DNA of 64,000 bases from Octopus sinensis (Eukaryota): assembly GCF_006345805.1 (NCBI RefSeq), contig NC_043013.1, positions 35,836,001-35,900,000 of the forward strand. The letters run 5' to 3'. This document shows positions 28,540 through 42,594 of the stretch, piece after piece (the first letter of the stretch is position 1; every line of letters begins with the position of its first letter). The position numbers were made by a program, and so were the translations under genes. Under the pieces are notes generated by a model. It made no database searches and was not told the DNA's origin. It worked only from the letters and a program-made list of their open reading frames with translations.

Positions 28540-29479
28540 TGTATGCATGTACGTATGTAAGCATGTATGTAAGTATGTACATATGTATGTATTTAAAAAA
28601 AATTCTCTCTCTGTTTATTTCCTCATGCATCTTTCTGTTGATGAGCATCTGCTCAAAATGTGAAAAGACTTTCTTTAAATGTAAAAGACTTTCTCACCTT
28701 CCCGGGTATCAGACTAATACACCTGCTTGTTCTTTATACAGCTGTCTTCGTCTTTTGTTTTTTGTTGTTTTTTTTTTGTAAATTTCTAAGAAAATAAGTA
28801 CTAGGTTTAAAAATAAGTCCTGGGGTTGATTTGTTCAACTAAAACTCTTCAAGGTGGTGCTCCAGCATGGCCACAATTAAATGACCTAAAAAAAAGAGTA
28901 AAAGAATGAAAGAATATGAGACACCTTTCCACACAATTTCTGCCAGTGCCACGCAGTGGGACCGAACCTGAAACCTGTGTGGTTGCAAAGCATGCTTCTT
29001 AACCACACACCCATGGTTTTACTGAATCAGAACAACAACAATAACAACAACAATGACAACAATAAATATAACTTTATTTTCTTGACCCTGGAAAGATGAA
29101 AAATAATGGCGACCTCAGCAGGATTTGAACCCAGTATATAAACAGTCATAACTTAATAATGCAAGGTTTTTTTGTTGCTGTCTTCTTCTAATCAGGACTC
29201 ACGCCATTAGCTACAAAGAATATTCTCTAATTCAAGCCTACTCTAAGCTACTAAGAATGCGTGTGGCAACTTGAAGATCCACCCACCACACGCGATAGAC
29301 TAGCAGTTGCACAGGTGCGAAATCTACGTTGTTTTCTTCATTCCGTAAACAGTCGCTTTTAATGGCTGGAGAGCTGAACTATCCTGGGGTGCAGAGGATT
29401 TGCAATCTAGACTAGGGTCTGAAAGTTTACCTCACCATAATGAGTTACACCATGATTCCTCTGCTTTGTGGCAGAAGTA

Positions 29480-29668
29480 GGAAGAAAAAGTGAGAATAAG
29501 TTGTGGTGAAAGAGTACAGCAGGGTTCACCACTCTCCCTTGTTGGAGCCTCATGGAACTTAGGTGTTTTTACTCAATAAACACTCACAATGCTCGGTCTG
29601 GGAATTGAAACCGCGTTCTTACGACCGTGAGTTCGCTGCCCTAACCACTGGGCCATTGCGCTTCCACT
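29480..29668 (-). mobile_element. SINE S3 (partial)
   Basis: Matches 9940-10107. Confidence 0.75.
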
Positions 29669-29836
29669 TTTGTTGTTGTTGTTGTCCCATGTTCCAATAA
29701 TTCTACTAATCTACCAGTCTCATGCAATATTGTTTTCTATTAAAAGATAAAAACAAACATATTTTATCTATTGGCAGAATTTTGTTGCCTCAAGAATGCT
29801 AGAATGATCCAGAATACAATTTTCAATAAAAACAAG

Positions 29837-29870
<34 letters not shown>

Positions 29871-30339
29871 ACAATTCTCAATAAAATTAATGAAAGAAAT
29901 GATAGACAAAAAGACCAGAAAATAACTACATATTTCCAACCAATTTGTGAGATATGACCTTGTTTTTTGGGGAAGTTCTTGTTTTGTTTTTCATTTGTTT
30001 AATTTCTTATTTATTTTTGAAATTTAAATTATAAGGTTTTGTGAAACTAAAACAAAAAAAAAATGAGATTTTTTTTCTGCAACAATAATAAAAAACAAAG
30101 AATTTATATTAAATACAAGAAGGGAAAGTAATAAAAAATATATATATGTATATTATATATATAAAAAAAAATATGGTTTATTGAAATTATTTACATCTGT
30201 ATGCATGATTCAATAGTTTTAATAGGGTTTTTCCACAATTCTCTACTTGTTTAGTCCCAGTTATACTGAGTCGGTCAGTTAGTACGTAAATACATAGGGG
30301 AATGAAGGGCGCTTATATGCAGACATACATACGCACACA

Positions 30340-32260
<1,921 letters not shown>

Positions 32261-32589
32261 TGCTGGTTGTAGAGGAAGCAAAGGGAAATCTGAGCAGCAA
32301 GATGAAGTGTTTTGGCAGTCAATGCAAAAATTCTTCGACACGTGTGTTAGAAAGGTATCAGTGGCATGGAAGTAAGACATCGCGAACATCAATATTCTCT
32401 ACTCACTGTACCAATACCACCAACACCACTGAATACCCAGCCAAACACTACCATCATGACCACCACCACCTATTCTGCCAATGTTGGCAATACCGGTATC
32501 AACACAAACACCATTGGTAATAATTCTTATGTCTATTGCAGTAAAGGTTTGCTTGCTTCATGCTTTTACTTCATGAGGCTGGGGCCATT

Positions 32590-32835
32590 CTGTGTTAGTG
32601 GTCCCAGAGTTTTCCTCATGTGAAGAGCCGACTAGGTTCACCAGTGCTCTCCATCACTGGCAGTTCCATACCAGCCCCTCTGCATCCTCCAAGGTGACGT
32701 TGAGCCTCTGGAGATCATCCCCAATCATACCCAGCCCTCTGGTGCAGGGCCTTCCATGAGGCTTCTTCCAGCCCTCAGTTGCTGCATTGCATAAAAGTAA
32801 AGCCTTGGTAGGATGCTTTGGTGAGAACAACAGCT
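32590..32835 (-). mobile_element. RTE-like LINE 3' coding fragment
   Basis: Minus translation GWKKPHGRP...DDLQRLNVTLEDAE...WRALV resembles the RTE C-terminus. Confidence 0.65.
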
Positions 32836-33349
32836 GAAATCTTAAAGGAGGAGGCTGATCGATTATATTTATCCCTATGCTTTGATTAGTATTCATTTTG
32901 CTGACCCCATAATTATTAAAAGGCAAAGTTGGCCTTGGCGGAATTTGAACTCAGAACATAAAATTGAAAGAACTGTTGCTAAGTGGCTTTCCTGACATGC
33001 AAACGATTCTACCAGCTTGCTCCTCTCAGTAATAATACTTTCTGCTATAGGCACAAGGCCTGAAATTTCATGGACAGGTAGCTAATCAATTAACATTGAC
33101 CCCTAATGTTTTACTGATACTTATTTTATTGACCTATGCTATTTCATGCAGTAAATCCATAAGATTCATTATCTCTGGATGAATACTGCAGTTAATTTGG
33201 ATTTCAGTAATGCATTTACATTAAATATGATACATGGATGGCTCTTTTATTGCTTCTGTTGCTTATTACAAAGGTATATATATATATTTCGTTTTGGGAT
33301 TTGGTTTGCAAGATTCTTTATTTGAGTTTGTGTGTTGGAGCATATTCTA

Positions 33350-33661
33350 TTGTGTCTGGGGAGAATCATTTTCTTTTTGTGCCTTATAATGTAACACACA
33401 CACCGGTAAAATTTTTACTTATTTCTTATTTTTATTTTCCTAAAATTTTCATTGCATCTTGCAACCTTTTCAATAGTCTTGACTCTGTCTGTTATTTAAA
33501 AGGAACACAGTGCAAATAATAGACAGAGTCAAGACTATTGAAAAGGTTGCAAGATGCAATGAAAATTTAAGGAAAATAAAAATAAGAAATAAGTGTAAAT
33601 TTTACCGGTGAATATGTTAAATTATAAGGCACAAAAAGAAAATGACTCTCCCCAGACACAA
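33350..33661. repeat. Long inverted repeat (~148-bp arms, 16-nt loop)
   Basis: 33350-33497 is reverse complement of 33514-33661 with few mismatches. Confidence 0.9.
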
Positions 33662-33663
33662 CA

Positions 33664-33750
<87 letters not shown>

Positions 33751-33769
33751 GAAAGTATTTTGATGATAA

Positions 33770-34240
33770 TGATAACGATGTGTATTTAAGAAGTTTGCTT
33801 CCCAACCATGTGATTTCAGGTTTAGTTCTATTGTGTGGCACTTTGGGCAAATGTCATCTATTATAGCCCCAGGCCAATCAAACAGAATGAAGCTCATTAA
33901 ATATAATCATATTCATATCTATGCATATATGTGTGTGTGTATGTATGTATATGTGTTTCTATGTAAGTATGTATGTATGTATGTATGTATGTATGTATGT
34001 ATGTATGTGTCTATGTGTGCATGTATTTATGCTTGTGTTTGTTTCCCTCACTGTTCAATAACCAAAGTTGGTTTGTTTATGTCTTCACAACTTAATGGCT
34101 TGGCCAAAAAAGAGACTAATAGAACAAGTGTCTGGCTGAAAAATATAAATACTGGGGGTCAATTTATTCAATTAAACCTTTCATAGCAGTGCTCCAGCAT
34201 GGCCGCAGTCGAGTAGCTGAAACAAATAAACGATAAAATA
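33770..34240 (+). mobile_element. Older SINE S2 copy
   Basis: Head ttcccaaccatgtgatttcaggtttagttc, internal (TATG)n, tail gtgctccagcatggccgcag. Confidence 0.75.
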
Positions 34241-34421
34241 ATACAAAAGACAAATAAAGCCCTTTCACGAGGCATTGGTCAATATCAGTGGTTTATAACC
34301 TCAAAATTAGTTAACTGCCAGACTAAATATATATCCTAATATAAAACTGATTAATTTCAAATGTCCTCTAGCGTGTTATATAATTTTTCTTGTTTGTTCT
34401 CATCACTACATTGCACTACAG

Positions 34422-36575
34422 CAAGTTTAATTTGAGATATGTATAGAGATGATATTAAACATTAAATACTACCAGTACAGCCAGTCAGGCATCACTCTTG
34501 AGCAATTATGGCTTGGTAACATGTTTTCTGGTTTTATTAGGTGTTTTATGTAGATACGTATGGAGTCACAAGCAGGCATAGTCACACTTCTGCCACCACT
34601 GCTTGCACAGAACATGAAGGATGTGACTGCAGGAGAGGATAAATGGTTGTGCCTCTACCTGGCTGTTAATCACTATGGCTGGGTAGATTGGAGCAATGCT
34701 AAATTAAGTGCTTTCCTCAAGGACAAAATGCACTGCCTGGTCCAGGTTTAATTTGAGATAGGTATAGAGTTAATATTGTGGAGGCACGTGGCTTAGTGGT
34801 TAGGGTGTCAGCATCATGATCGTAAGATTGTAGTTTCGATTCCTGGACCGGGCGACGTGTTGTGTTCTTGAGCAAAACACTTCATTTCACGTTGCTCCAG
34901 TCCACTTCGCTGGCAAAAATGAGTAATACTGCAATGAACTGGCATCCCGTCCAGCTGGGGAACACATACACCATTGAAACCAGGAAACCAGGCTCATGAG
35001 CCTGGCTAGGCTTTAAAAGGGTGCAGGTGGAGGCACATGGCTTAGTAGTTAGGGTGTCAGCATCATGATCGTAAGATTGTGGTTTCGATTCCTGGACCGG
35101 GTGACGCGTTGTGTTCTTGAGCAAAACACTTCATTTCACGTTGCTCCAGTCCACTTCGCTGGCAAAAATGAGTAATACTGCAATGAACTGGCGTCCCGTC
35201 CAGCTGGGGAACACATACACCATTGAAACCAGGAAACCAGGCTCATGAGCCTGGCTAGGCTTTGAAAGGGTGCAGGTGGAGGCACATGGCTTAGTAGTTA
35301 GGGTGTCAGCATCATGATCGTAAGATTGTGGTTTCGATTCCAGGACCGGGTGACGCGTTGTGTTCTTGAGCAAAACACTTCATTTCACGTTGCTCCAGTA
35401 CACTTCGCTGGCAAAAATGATTAATGCTGTAATGGACTGGCGTCCCGTCCAGCTGGGGAACACATACGCGATTGAAACCGGGAAACTGGGCCCATGAGTC
35501 TGGCTAGGCTTTAAAAGGGTGCAAGTGGAGGTACATGGCTTAGTAGTTAGGGTGTCAGCATCATGATCGTAAGATTGTAGTTTCGATTCCTGGACCGGGC
35601 AACTCGTTGTGTTCTTGAGCAAAACACTTCATTTCACGTTACTCCAGTACACTCAGCTGGCAAAAATGAGTAATGCTGCAATGGACTGGCGTCCTGTCCA
35701 GCTGGGGAACACATACACCATTGAAACTGGGAAACTGGGCCCATGAGTCTGGCTAGGCTTTAAAAGGGTGCAAGTGGAGGCACGTGGCTTAGTGGTTAGG
35801 GTGTCAGCATCATGATCGTAAGATTGTAGTTTTGATTCCTGGACCGGGCGACGCGTGGTGTTCTTGAGCAAAACACTTCATTTCACGTTGCTCCAGTCCA
35901 CTTCGCTGGCAAAAATGAGTAATGCTGTGATGGACTGGCATCCCGTCCAGCTGGGGAACACATACACCACTGAAACCAGGAAACCAGGCTCATGAGCCTG
36001 GCTAGGCTTTAAAAGGGTGCAAGTGGAGGCACATGGCTTAGTAGTTAGGGTGTCAGCATCATGATCGTAAGATTGTGGTTTCGATTCCAGGACCGGGCGA
36101 CATGTGTTCTTGAGCAAAACACTTCATTTCACGTTGCTCCAGTACACTCAGCTGGCAAAAATGAGTAATGCTGGCATCCCATCCAGCTGGGGAATACATA
36201 CCCCATTGAAACCAGGAAACTGGGCCCTTGAGTCTGGTTAGGCTTTAAAAGGGCGCATTTATTTTATAGAGTTACTATTAAACATTAAATTCATCCAGTA
36301 CAGTCAGTCAGTCATCATTCTTAAGCAATTAAGTTTTGTAACATTTTCTGTTTTCACTGATTCTTTTTTATAGTTACGTATGGAGCTACAAGGCGATATT
36401 GGCATTCTTGTGCCACTACCATCTGTAGAGATCATGCAGGATGTGACAGCAGAAGAGGAGAAATGGTTGTACTTTTATTTGGCTGGTAATCATATCAGCT
36501 GTGTAGATTTGCACAATATTAAATTAAGCACTTTGCTCAACGACAGAATGTGCTACCTGGTCCAGGAATTGAATC
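34422..36575 (-). mobile_element. Old tandem pair of an S4-related SINE (34422-34745; 34746-34777 + 36265-36575), second copy split by the hexamer
   Basis: Both units end gtagattggagcaatg...ctcaaggac...cctggtccagg = antisense of the S4 head/B-box region; the two units align over ~320 bp. Confidence 0.65.
34778..36258 (+). mobile_element. Six head-to-tail copies of a 249-bp tRNA-derived SINE flanked by one 15-bp TSD
   Basis: Units start at 34778, 35027, 35276, 35525, 35774, 36023; A box tggcttagt(g/a)g and B box gtttcgattcc; TSD tatagagttaatatt (34763-34777) / tatagagttactatt (36265-36279). Confidence 0.93.
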
Positions 36576-36579
36576 ATTG

Positions 36580-37412
36580 AACCAGGTGTCATGATGATGA
36601 ATATGATGATACCTTGATGGTGGAGAGGATGAGGGCAATAATGATGATGTTGACGACAATGGTGATGATGATGACATGAGTGCTAATGATGATGATGATG
36701 ATGATGACAATGATGGTGACGACAATGATGATCACGACGACGACGATGGTGATGGTGATGGTGGTGGTTATCGTGATGAGGATGATGATAGTGATGATAG
36801 CAATAATGCTGTACTCTTGTCTGTGGAGTACTCGACCACATACACATTTATTTTCCCTGCAGGAAATCAGTCGGTCATACAAATGAACAATCATCAAAAT
36901 TGACCAACACTCTTTTTCTTTTACCTCTCTGTCTCTCTCTCTCTTTCTTTCTCTCTCTCTCTCTCTCCCTCACTCTCTTTTTATCTCTCTTTCTGTCACT
37001 ATATCTCTCTTTCTTTCCCTCCTTCTCACTTATTATCCCCCCCTTTCACTCCTCTTTTTCCAAGTACTTCATTCTCTCATTTACTATTCTCTCTTTTATT
37101 CTCTTTCTTTCCTTGTTATCTCTTTCTATCAGTCTTTTGTCTCATGCTCTCTCTCTCTCTTTTTCTCTCTCCCTACTTGTTATCTCTTCCTCCACTTTTC
37201 TTTTAATCTTTCTATATATTTGCTATCTCTCTCTGTCAATCATTTCTCTCCCTTTCTCAGGCTCTCTCTCTCTCATGCTCTCTTTCTCTCTCATGCTCTC
37301 TCACTCTCTATCTCATGCTCTCTCTCTTTCTCTCATGCTGTCTTTCACTTTCTCTCTCTCTCTCTCATGCTCTCTCTCTTTCTCTCAGGCTCTGTCTCTT
37401 TCTCTCACGCTC

Positions 37413-37443
<31 letters not shown>

Positions 37444-37894
37444 CCCTCTCTCTTTCTCACTGTCTCCTCTCTCTCCAGCACACTCTTTACCACTTGTCTT
37501 GTACTCTTTTTTCAATCCTCTCTCACTTTTCTCTCTCCCTCTCTCCACTTGACATTGCCTTCTCTCATTCCTCTCTATCTTTCTGTTTGCCATCTTCCCC
37601 ACTCTCTCTCTTCCTCTTACTCTCTCTGTCTGTCTTCCCTTCATTGTGTCTTCCTCATATATCTTCCTCCATTCACCCTTGCTGTCTTCTTCCTCATCTT
37701 TCCTTCACCACTCTCCCCACCTCCCTCCCTCTCACTTTCTCTCTCTCCTATGACAAAGAATATTCCGGTAAGATTTGATTAAAAATAAACCAGCCAGGCC
37801 GTGATTAGTGAAAAACTCATTAGTGCTCGGCTGAGCTGAGGCATGGCATCATTGAATGTAAATTAACGGACAACACCATATATATATACATATA

Positions 37895-37977
<83 letters not shown>

Positions 37978-38193
37978 GTGTGTGTGCGTGTATATATATA
38001 TGTATCTATATACATATATATAAATGTACATACATACATTCATACATACAGACATATATATATATATACATACACACATATACATATATATATATATATA
38101 TATCATATATATATACACACATATACATACATACATACATATATTATATATATATATGTATATATATATGTATATATGCATATATATTTATAT

Positions 38194-38226
<33 letters not shown>

Positions 38227-38384
38227 GTTTGTATATGTATGATTGCATGTGTGCATGTGATACATACATACATATATATGTATGCATGTATGTATATATA
38301 CACACACACACATATATATAAATATATATATATATATATTTATAAGTATATACATACATGAGCATTTATACAAACATATTTGCA

Positions 38385-38420
<36 letters not shown>

Positions 38421-38900
38421 TATGTGTGTGTGTGTGTATTTGGTGTATAAGTGGCCAGTGGCAATAAGATGATAGTGATAGCAAAGGTGTCGGCTGCAGT
38501 GACAGTGGTGGTGATGTGAGTGTAATAGCTCGGTGATAGCGGTGATAGTGGCAGTGGTGATGGTGGTGGTGGTGGTGGTGGTGGTGGTGGTGATACAGTC
38601 GTATTGTAATAATGACAAGGGTGACGGCGGGGGGAGCAGTCTTAAATCTGTTTGACTTTGTGTAGGTGGTAGTTGTAATAGTGGTGACTCCTGTGGTCTG
38701 GTAACAGTATTGTTATTCACCGTAGCCTTGTGCTGATGCTGGTGGTGGCAGAGGCAGCATTGGCGGCGTCAGCAGCAGCAGCAGCAGCAGCAGCAGTGGC
38801 AGCAGCTGTGGTGGCGGCGGCAGTGGTCGTAGCAGTGGTGATGGTGAAGATTTGGGGATGTGGTGGTGGTGGTGGTGGTGGTGGTGGGGGAGAGGGCTGT
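36580..38900. repeat. Microsatellite field (GAT)n, CT-rich tract, (TA)n, (TG)n, (GGT)n, (GCA)n
   Basis: Directly visible. Confidence 0.95.
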
Positions 38901-39089
38901 CAGTGCCGATTGTTACTAACAGTGGTGTTGTGATATATATTTCTGCTATGATGTCTGAGACGATGACGATAGTTAATGTTGCTATTGTTGTTGTTCTGCA
39001 GCCTCAGGTCAGTCCTGAGAATAAGCAGCGATGGTCAAAGACGTTCCAATGTTGACCACCCCAAGAAATTTTTTCAAACAGATACAGAG

Positions 39090-39271
39090 ACACAGGCATG
39101 GCTGCATGGTAAGAAGATTACTTCCCAACTATATGGTTCTAGGTTCAGTCCTACTGTGTGGCACCTTGGGCAAGTGCCTTTTACTGTTAGAACCTCTAGC
39201 CAAACAAGGCCTTGTCGGTGGATTTAATAGATGGAAACTGAAAAAAGCCCATCCTATATATATGTATATAC

Positions 39272-39309
<38 letters not shown>

Positions 39310-39430
39310 TATCCCCATACTCCACTGCTTGATAACTGGTGTTGGTGAGTTTACATCTCCACAACTTAGCGGTTTGGCAAAAGAAATTGATAAAATAATT
39401 ATCAAGCTTTAAATAAATAAGTACTAGGGT
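39090..39430 (+). mobile_element. Old SINE S2 (tail displaced to ~39760-39835 by a minus-strand SINE at 39430-39740)
   Basis: Head ggcatggctgcatggtaagaag; nested element has an S3-like head in minus orientation. Confidence 0.7.
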
Positions 39431-40164
39431 TGATGTTGTTCATTCATTCTCGAGCCATACCTGGCTCATAAGGGCTGGTTTCCCGGTTTCATTGGCATGT
39501 AGGTTTCCTACCTGGATGGGACACCAGTCCGCCACAGGTGAGCTGCTAGATGCAGGAGAAAAGAGTGAGAGAAAGTTGTGGTGAAAGAGTCAGCAGAAGT
39601 TTGCCATTACCTTCTGCTGGAGCTGTGTGGAGCTTAGGTGTTTCGCTCATAAACACACACGTCACCCGGTTTGAGATTTGAACCTGCGATCCCTCTACTC
39701 TGAGTCCACTGTTCTACCCACTAGGCCATGTGCCTCCACAGGGTCGATACATTCAAATAAAAATATTCTTCAGGGTGGTGCCCCAGCATGGCCACAGTCT
39801 AATAACTGAAACAAGTAAAAGGTAGAAAAATAAAAGATACACTATATGAAGGTCCCTCTCTTTGCAATCTGATCTTGCTTCTCCAAGACTATGAGGTGTA
39901 GTTTGAAAGAGATCTTAATATCTAGGCACAGGTGTGCAGTTAAGAAGATTGCTTTGCAATCATGTGGTTTCAGGGTACCCAAAGCGAACAGGTACTGGAG
40001 GCCTATGGTGAATTCTAGGCAGTGTCTCTTCCGGGATCCAGCGACTTCCTGATGGTGTTGGATTGCATCTGTTGGTGGAATCCTGTGGTGAGAAGGCATA
40101 ACACAGGGATGACCTGCCACTAGTCATATTTCGTGACTTACGAATACAGACATCTGTGAAACTA

Positions 40165-41441
40165 TCAGGTCATCCCATAAGTTCTTATCCGAATTTTACC
40201 TTTTTTAAAATTGAATGAAATTTAAAAGTATTTTAGAATGTCTAATGGAATTAAAAATTATTTTTATGCAGTTGTGTACATTTAAACTAATTAAATATTA
40301 TTTTACAGAATAATAGAATTGAAATTTCTTTGATTAAAACCCTTTCTAACATGGAAGCATCCAAAGAGCATTTAAGGCACATAATGCTTTATGAGCACAA
40401 AAAAGGAAATTCTGCAGCTGAAGTGACTCGAAACATACACTCAGTTTATGGGAGAGGATGCTTGAATGAAAGAACTTGCAGAAGATGGTTTGCAAAATTC
40501 AGAAGTGGAGATTTCAGCCTTGAAGATGAAGATCCAGTTGAGTTTGATGATAAGCTCCTTGAGGCATTACTTGAAGAAAGTCCTGCATTATCAGTTGAAG
40601 AATTGGCAATAAAGCTTAGTTCAAACAATAGAACTGTTCATTGTCATCTTCAACAACTTGGAAGGGTTCCTAAACTTGGAAAATGGGTGCCTCATGAATT
40701 GTTCGAAAGCAACCACAAATCCCGAGGTGATATCTGCTCTTCTCTCCATTCTTGCGAACACATTTCACCCTTTCTGGATAGACTTGTGACTGGTGACGAA
40801 AAATGTATCTTCTATCGAAATGTTAAACATCATAAACAGTGGCTTGGTTAAAAGGAGAAAGCTCAACCACAACTGAGAAGGGAACTTCATGGGTAAAAGG
40901 TTTTTCCCTCTATCTAGTAGGATTGCAAAGGAGTAATACACTTTGTATTGTTACCACATAATGCAACAATCAATGCTCAAGTCTACTGTCAGCAATTAGA
41001 GTGTTTGAACCAAACTTTGAAGAAAAAAAGACCGGCTTTAGTGAATCGAAAAGGACTGATGTTTCATCAGGACAATGCACAACCCCACACTGCAAAGATC
41101 ACATTACAGAAGACCGAAGAGTTTGGTTGGGAAAAATTCCTCATCCACCTTATTCTCTCGACCTTGCTCCTTCAGACTACCATTTGTTTTGTAGTTTACA
41201 GAATCATTTGGGGGGCATAATTTTCGCAAGCCAGGAGGAGATCAAAACTGACATTTCAGAGTTCTTTGCTTTGAAACCAAAACAGTTCTACATTAATGGG
41301 ATTAAAAAGCTTGTAAATAGATGGAAGACAGTCATAAATAATCAGGGAAAGTACATTGATGATTAAATTTCAAATAAATATAACATTTGATCACTTGTTT
41401 TCTTTATTCAAAGTTCGGACAGAACTTATGAGATGACCTAA
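40165..41441 (+). mobile_element. Full-length (1277 bp) inactive mariner element
   Basis: TIRs tcaggtcatcccataagttct / agaacttatgagatgacctaa with TA TSD. Confidence 0.95.
40351..41366 (+). pseudogene. mariner D,D34D transposase pseudogene
   Basis: WFAKFRSGDFSLED, WVPHEL, VTGDEK, FHQDNAQPH, YSLDLAPSDYHLF; several stops and a frameshift. Confidence 0.93.
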
Positions 41442-41832
41442 TACTTGATGCAATGTAGAAGCCACCAAACAAGGACTCAAGTAGTTTTCACAGACTCTGA
41501 TTGCCCCTTGGAACTTCTAGGGACTCACAATAGGAGCCGGCTTAACACTTCTTGGATGAATGCCATTACAAGACAAGAAGAAGTGATTTCAGGTTCAGTC
41601 TCATTGTGTGGCATCATAGTCAAGTCTCATATAGCTTTGTGCTGACCAATGCCTTCTGAATGAATCTGGAAGATGGTAACCATGTGGAAACCCTTCATGG
41701 TTAAGTGGTTATGGTGTTGCACTCATGATTGTAAGATTGCATTCAAAAGGCTATGAGGGTCCACCTGAGTAAAATAGAAATTCAAGGGGTCCTTAGGGAA
41801 AAATGGGTTGAAAACCTCAGTTTTAAAATAAT

Positions 41833-42264
41833 CTTTTCTACTCTAGGCACAAGGTCCGAAATTTTTGGAGAGGGGGCCAGTCAGTTAGATCGACTCCAGT
41901 ATGCAACTGATACTTAATTTATCGACCCCTAAAAGATGAAATGCAAAGTTGACCTCAGACGAATTTGAACACAGAACATAAAGACAGATGAAATGCTGCT
42001 AAGCATTTTTCCCAAAGTGCTAACGGTTCCGCTAGCTCGCCGCCTTTATTCTTTTTTTCTCTAGGCATAAAGCCTGAAATTTTTAGGGAGGGGTTAAGTC
42101 AAATAGATGGACCCCAGTACACAACTGGTATTTAATTTATCAACCCCGAGAGAATGAAAGGCAAAGTTGACATCAGTGGAATTTGAACTCAGAACACAAA
42201 GACAGACGAAATACCACTAAGCATTTTGCCTGGCATGCTAATGTTTCTGCCAGCTCGCCACCTT
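41833..42264 (-). mobile_element. Head-to-tail SINE S1 dimer flanked by one 17-bp TSD
   Basis: ctcagttttaaaataat at 41816-41832 and 42265-42281; units 41833-42047 and 42048-42264. Confidence 0.88.
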
Positions 42265-42267
42265 CTC

Positions 42268-42594
42268 AGTTTTAAAATAATGTGCATCCAAGTGGATAAG
42301 GGCACGTGGCCTAATAGTTAAGGTGTGGCACTCATGATCATACATGGATACACACACACACACATACACATACATACACATATATATACGACAGGCTTCT
42401 TTCAGTAAAGATTGTTTCCCCCAGGAGATGGTGTCTCCTGGGGGAAACAATCTTTACTGAAAGAAGCCTGTCGTATATATATGTGCATGTATGTGTATGT
42501 GTGTGTGTGTGTATCCATGTATGATCATGAGTGCCACACCTTAACTATTAGGCCACGTGCCCTTATCCACTTGGATGCACATTATTTTAAAACT
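42268..42594. repeat. Near-perfect palindrome (~162-bp arms, 3-nt loop)
   Basis: Centre ccaggagat-ggt-gtctcctgg; arms include a copied microsatellite and SINE fragments. Confidence 0.93.

Noticed and set aside
34778-36258. CRISPR array or tandem tRNA gene cluster; repeated 80-aa ORFs
   Set aside because: No unique spacers or cas genes; heads have A/B boxes but no closed acceptor stem and continue into a SINE body; ORFs are antisense by-products.
34560-36580. Paralogous ORFs MESQAGIV... and MELQGDIG... suggesting duplicated exons
   Set aside because: Their 3' halves are the antisense of the SINE head/B-box region; similarity is explained by the old SINE tandem.
39840-40140. Possible host exon with splice-like sites
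   Set aside because: No frame gives a recognisable protein; motif-only evidence.
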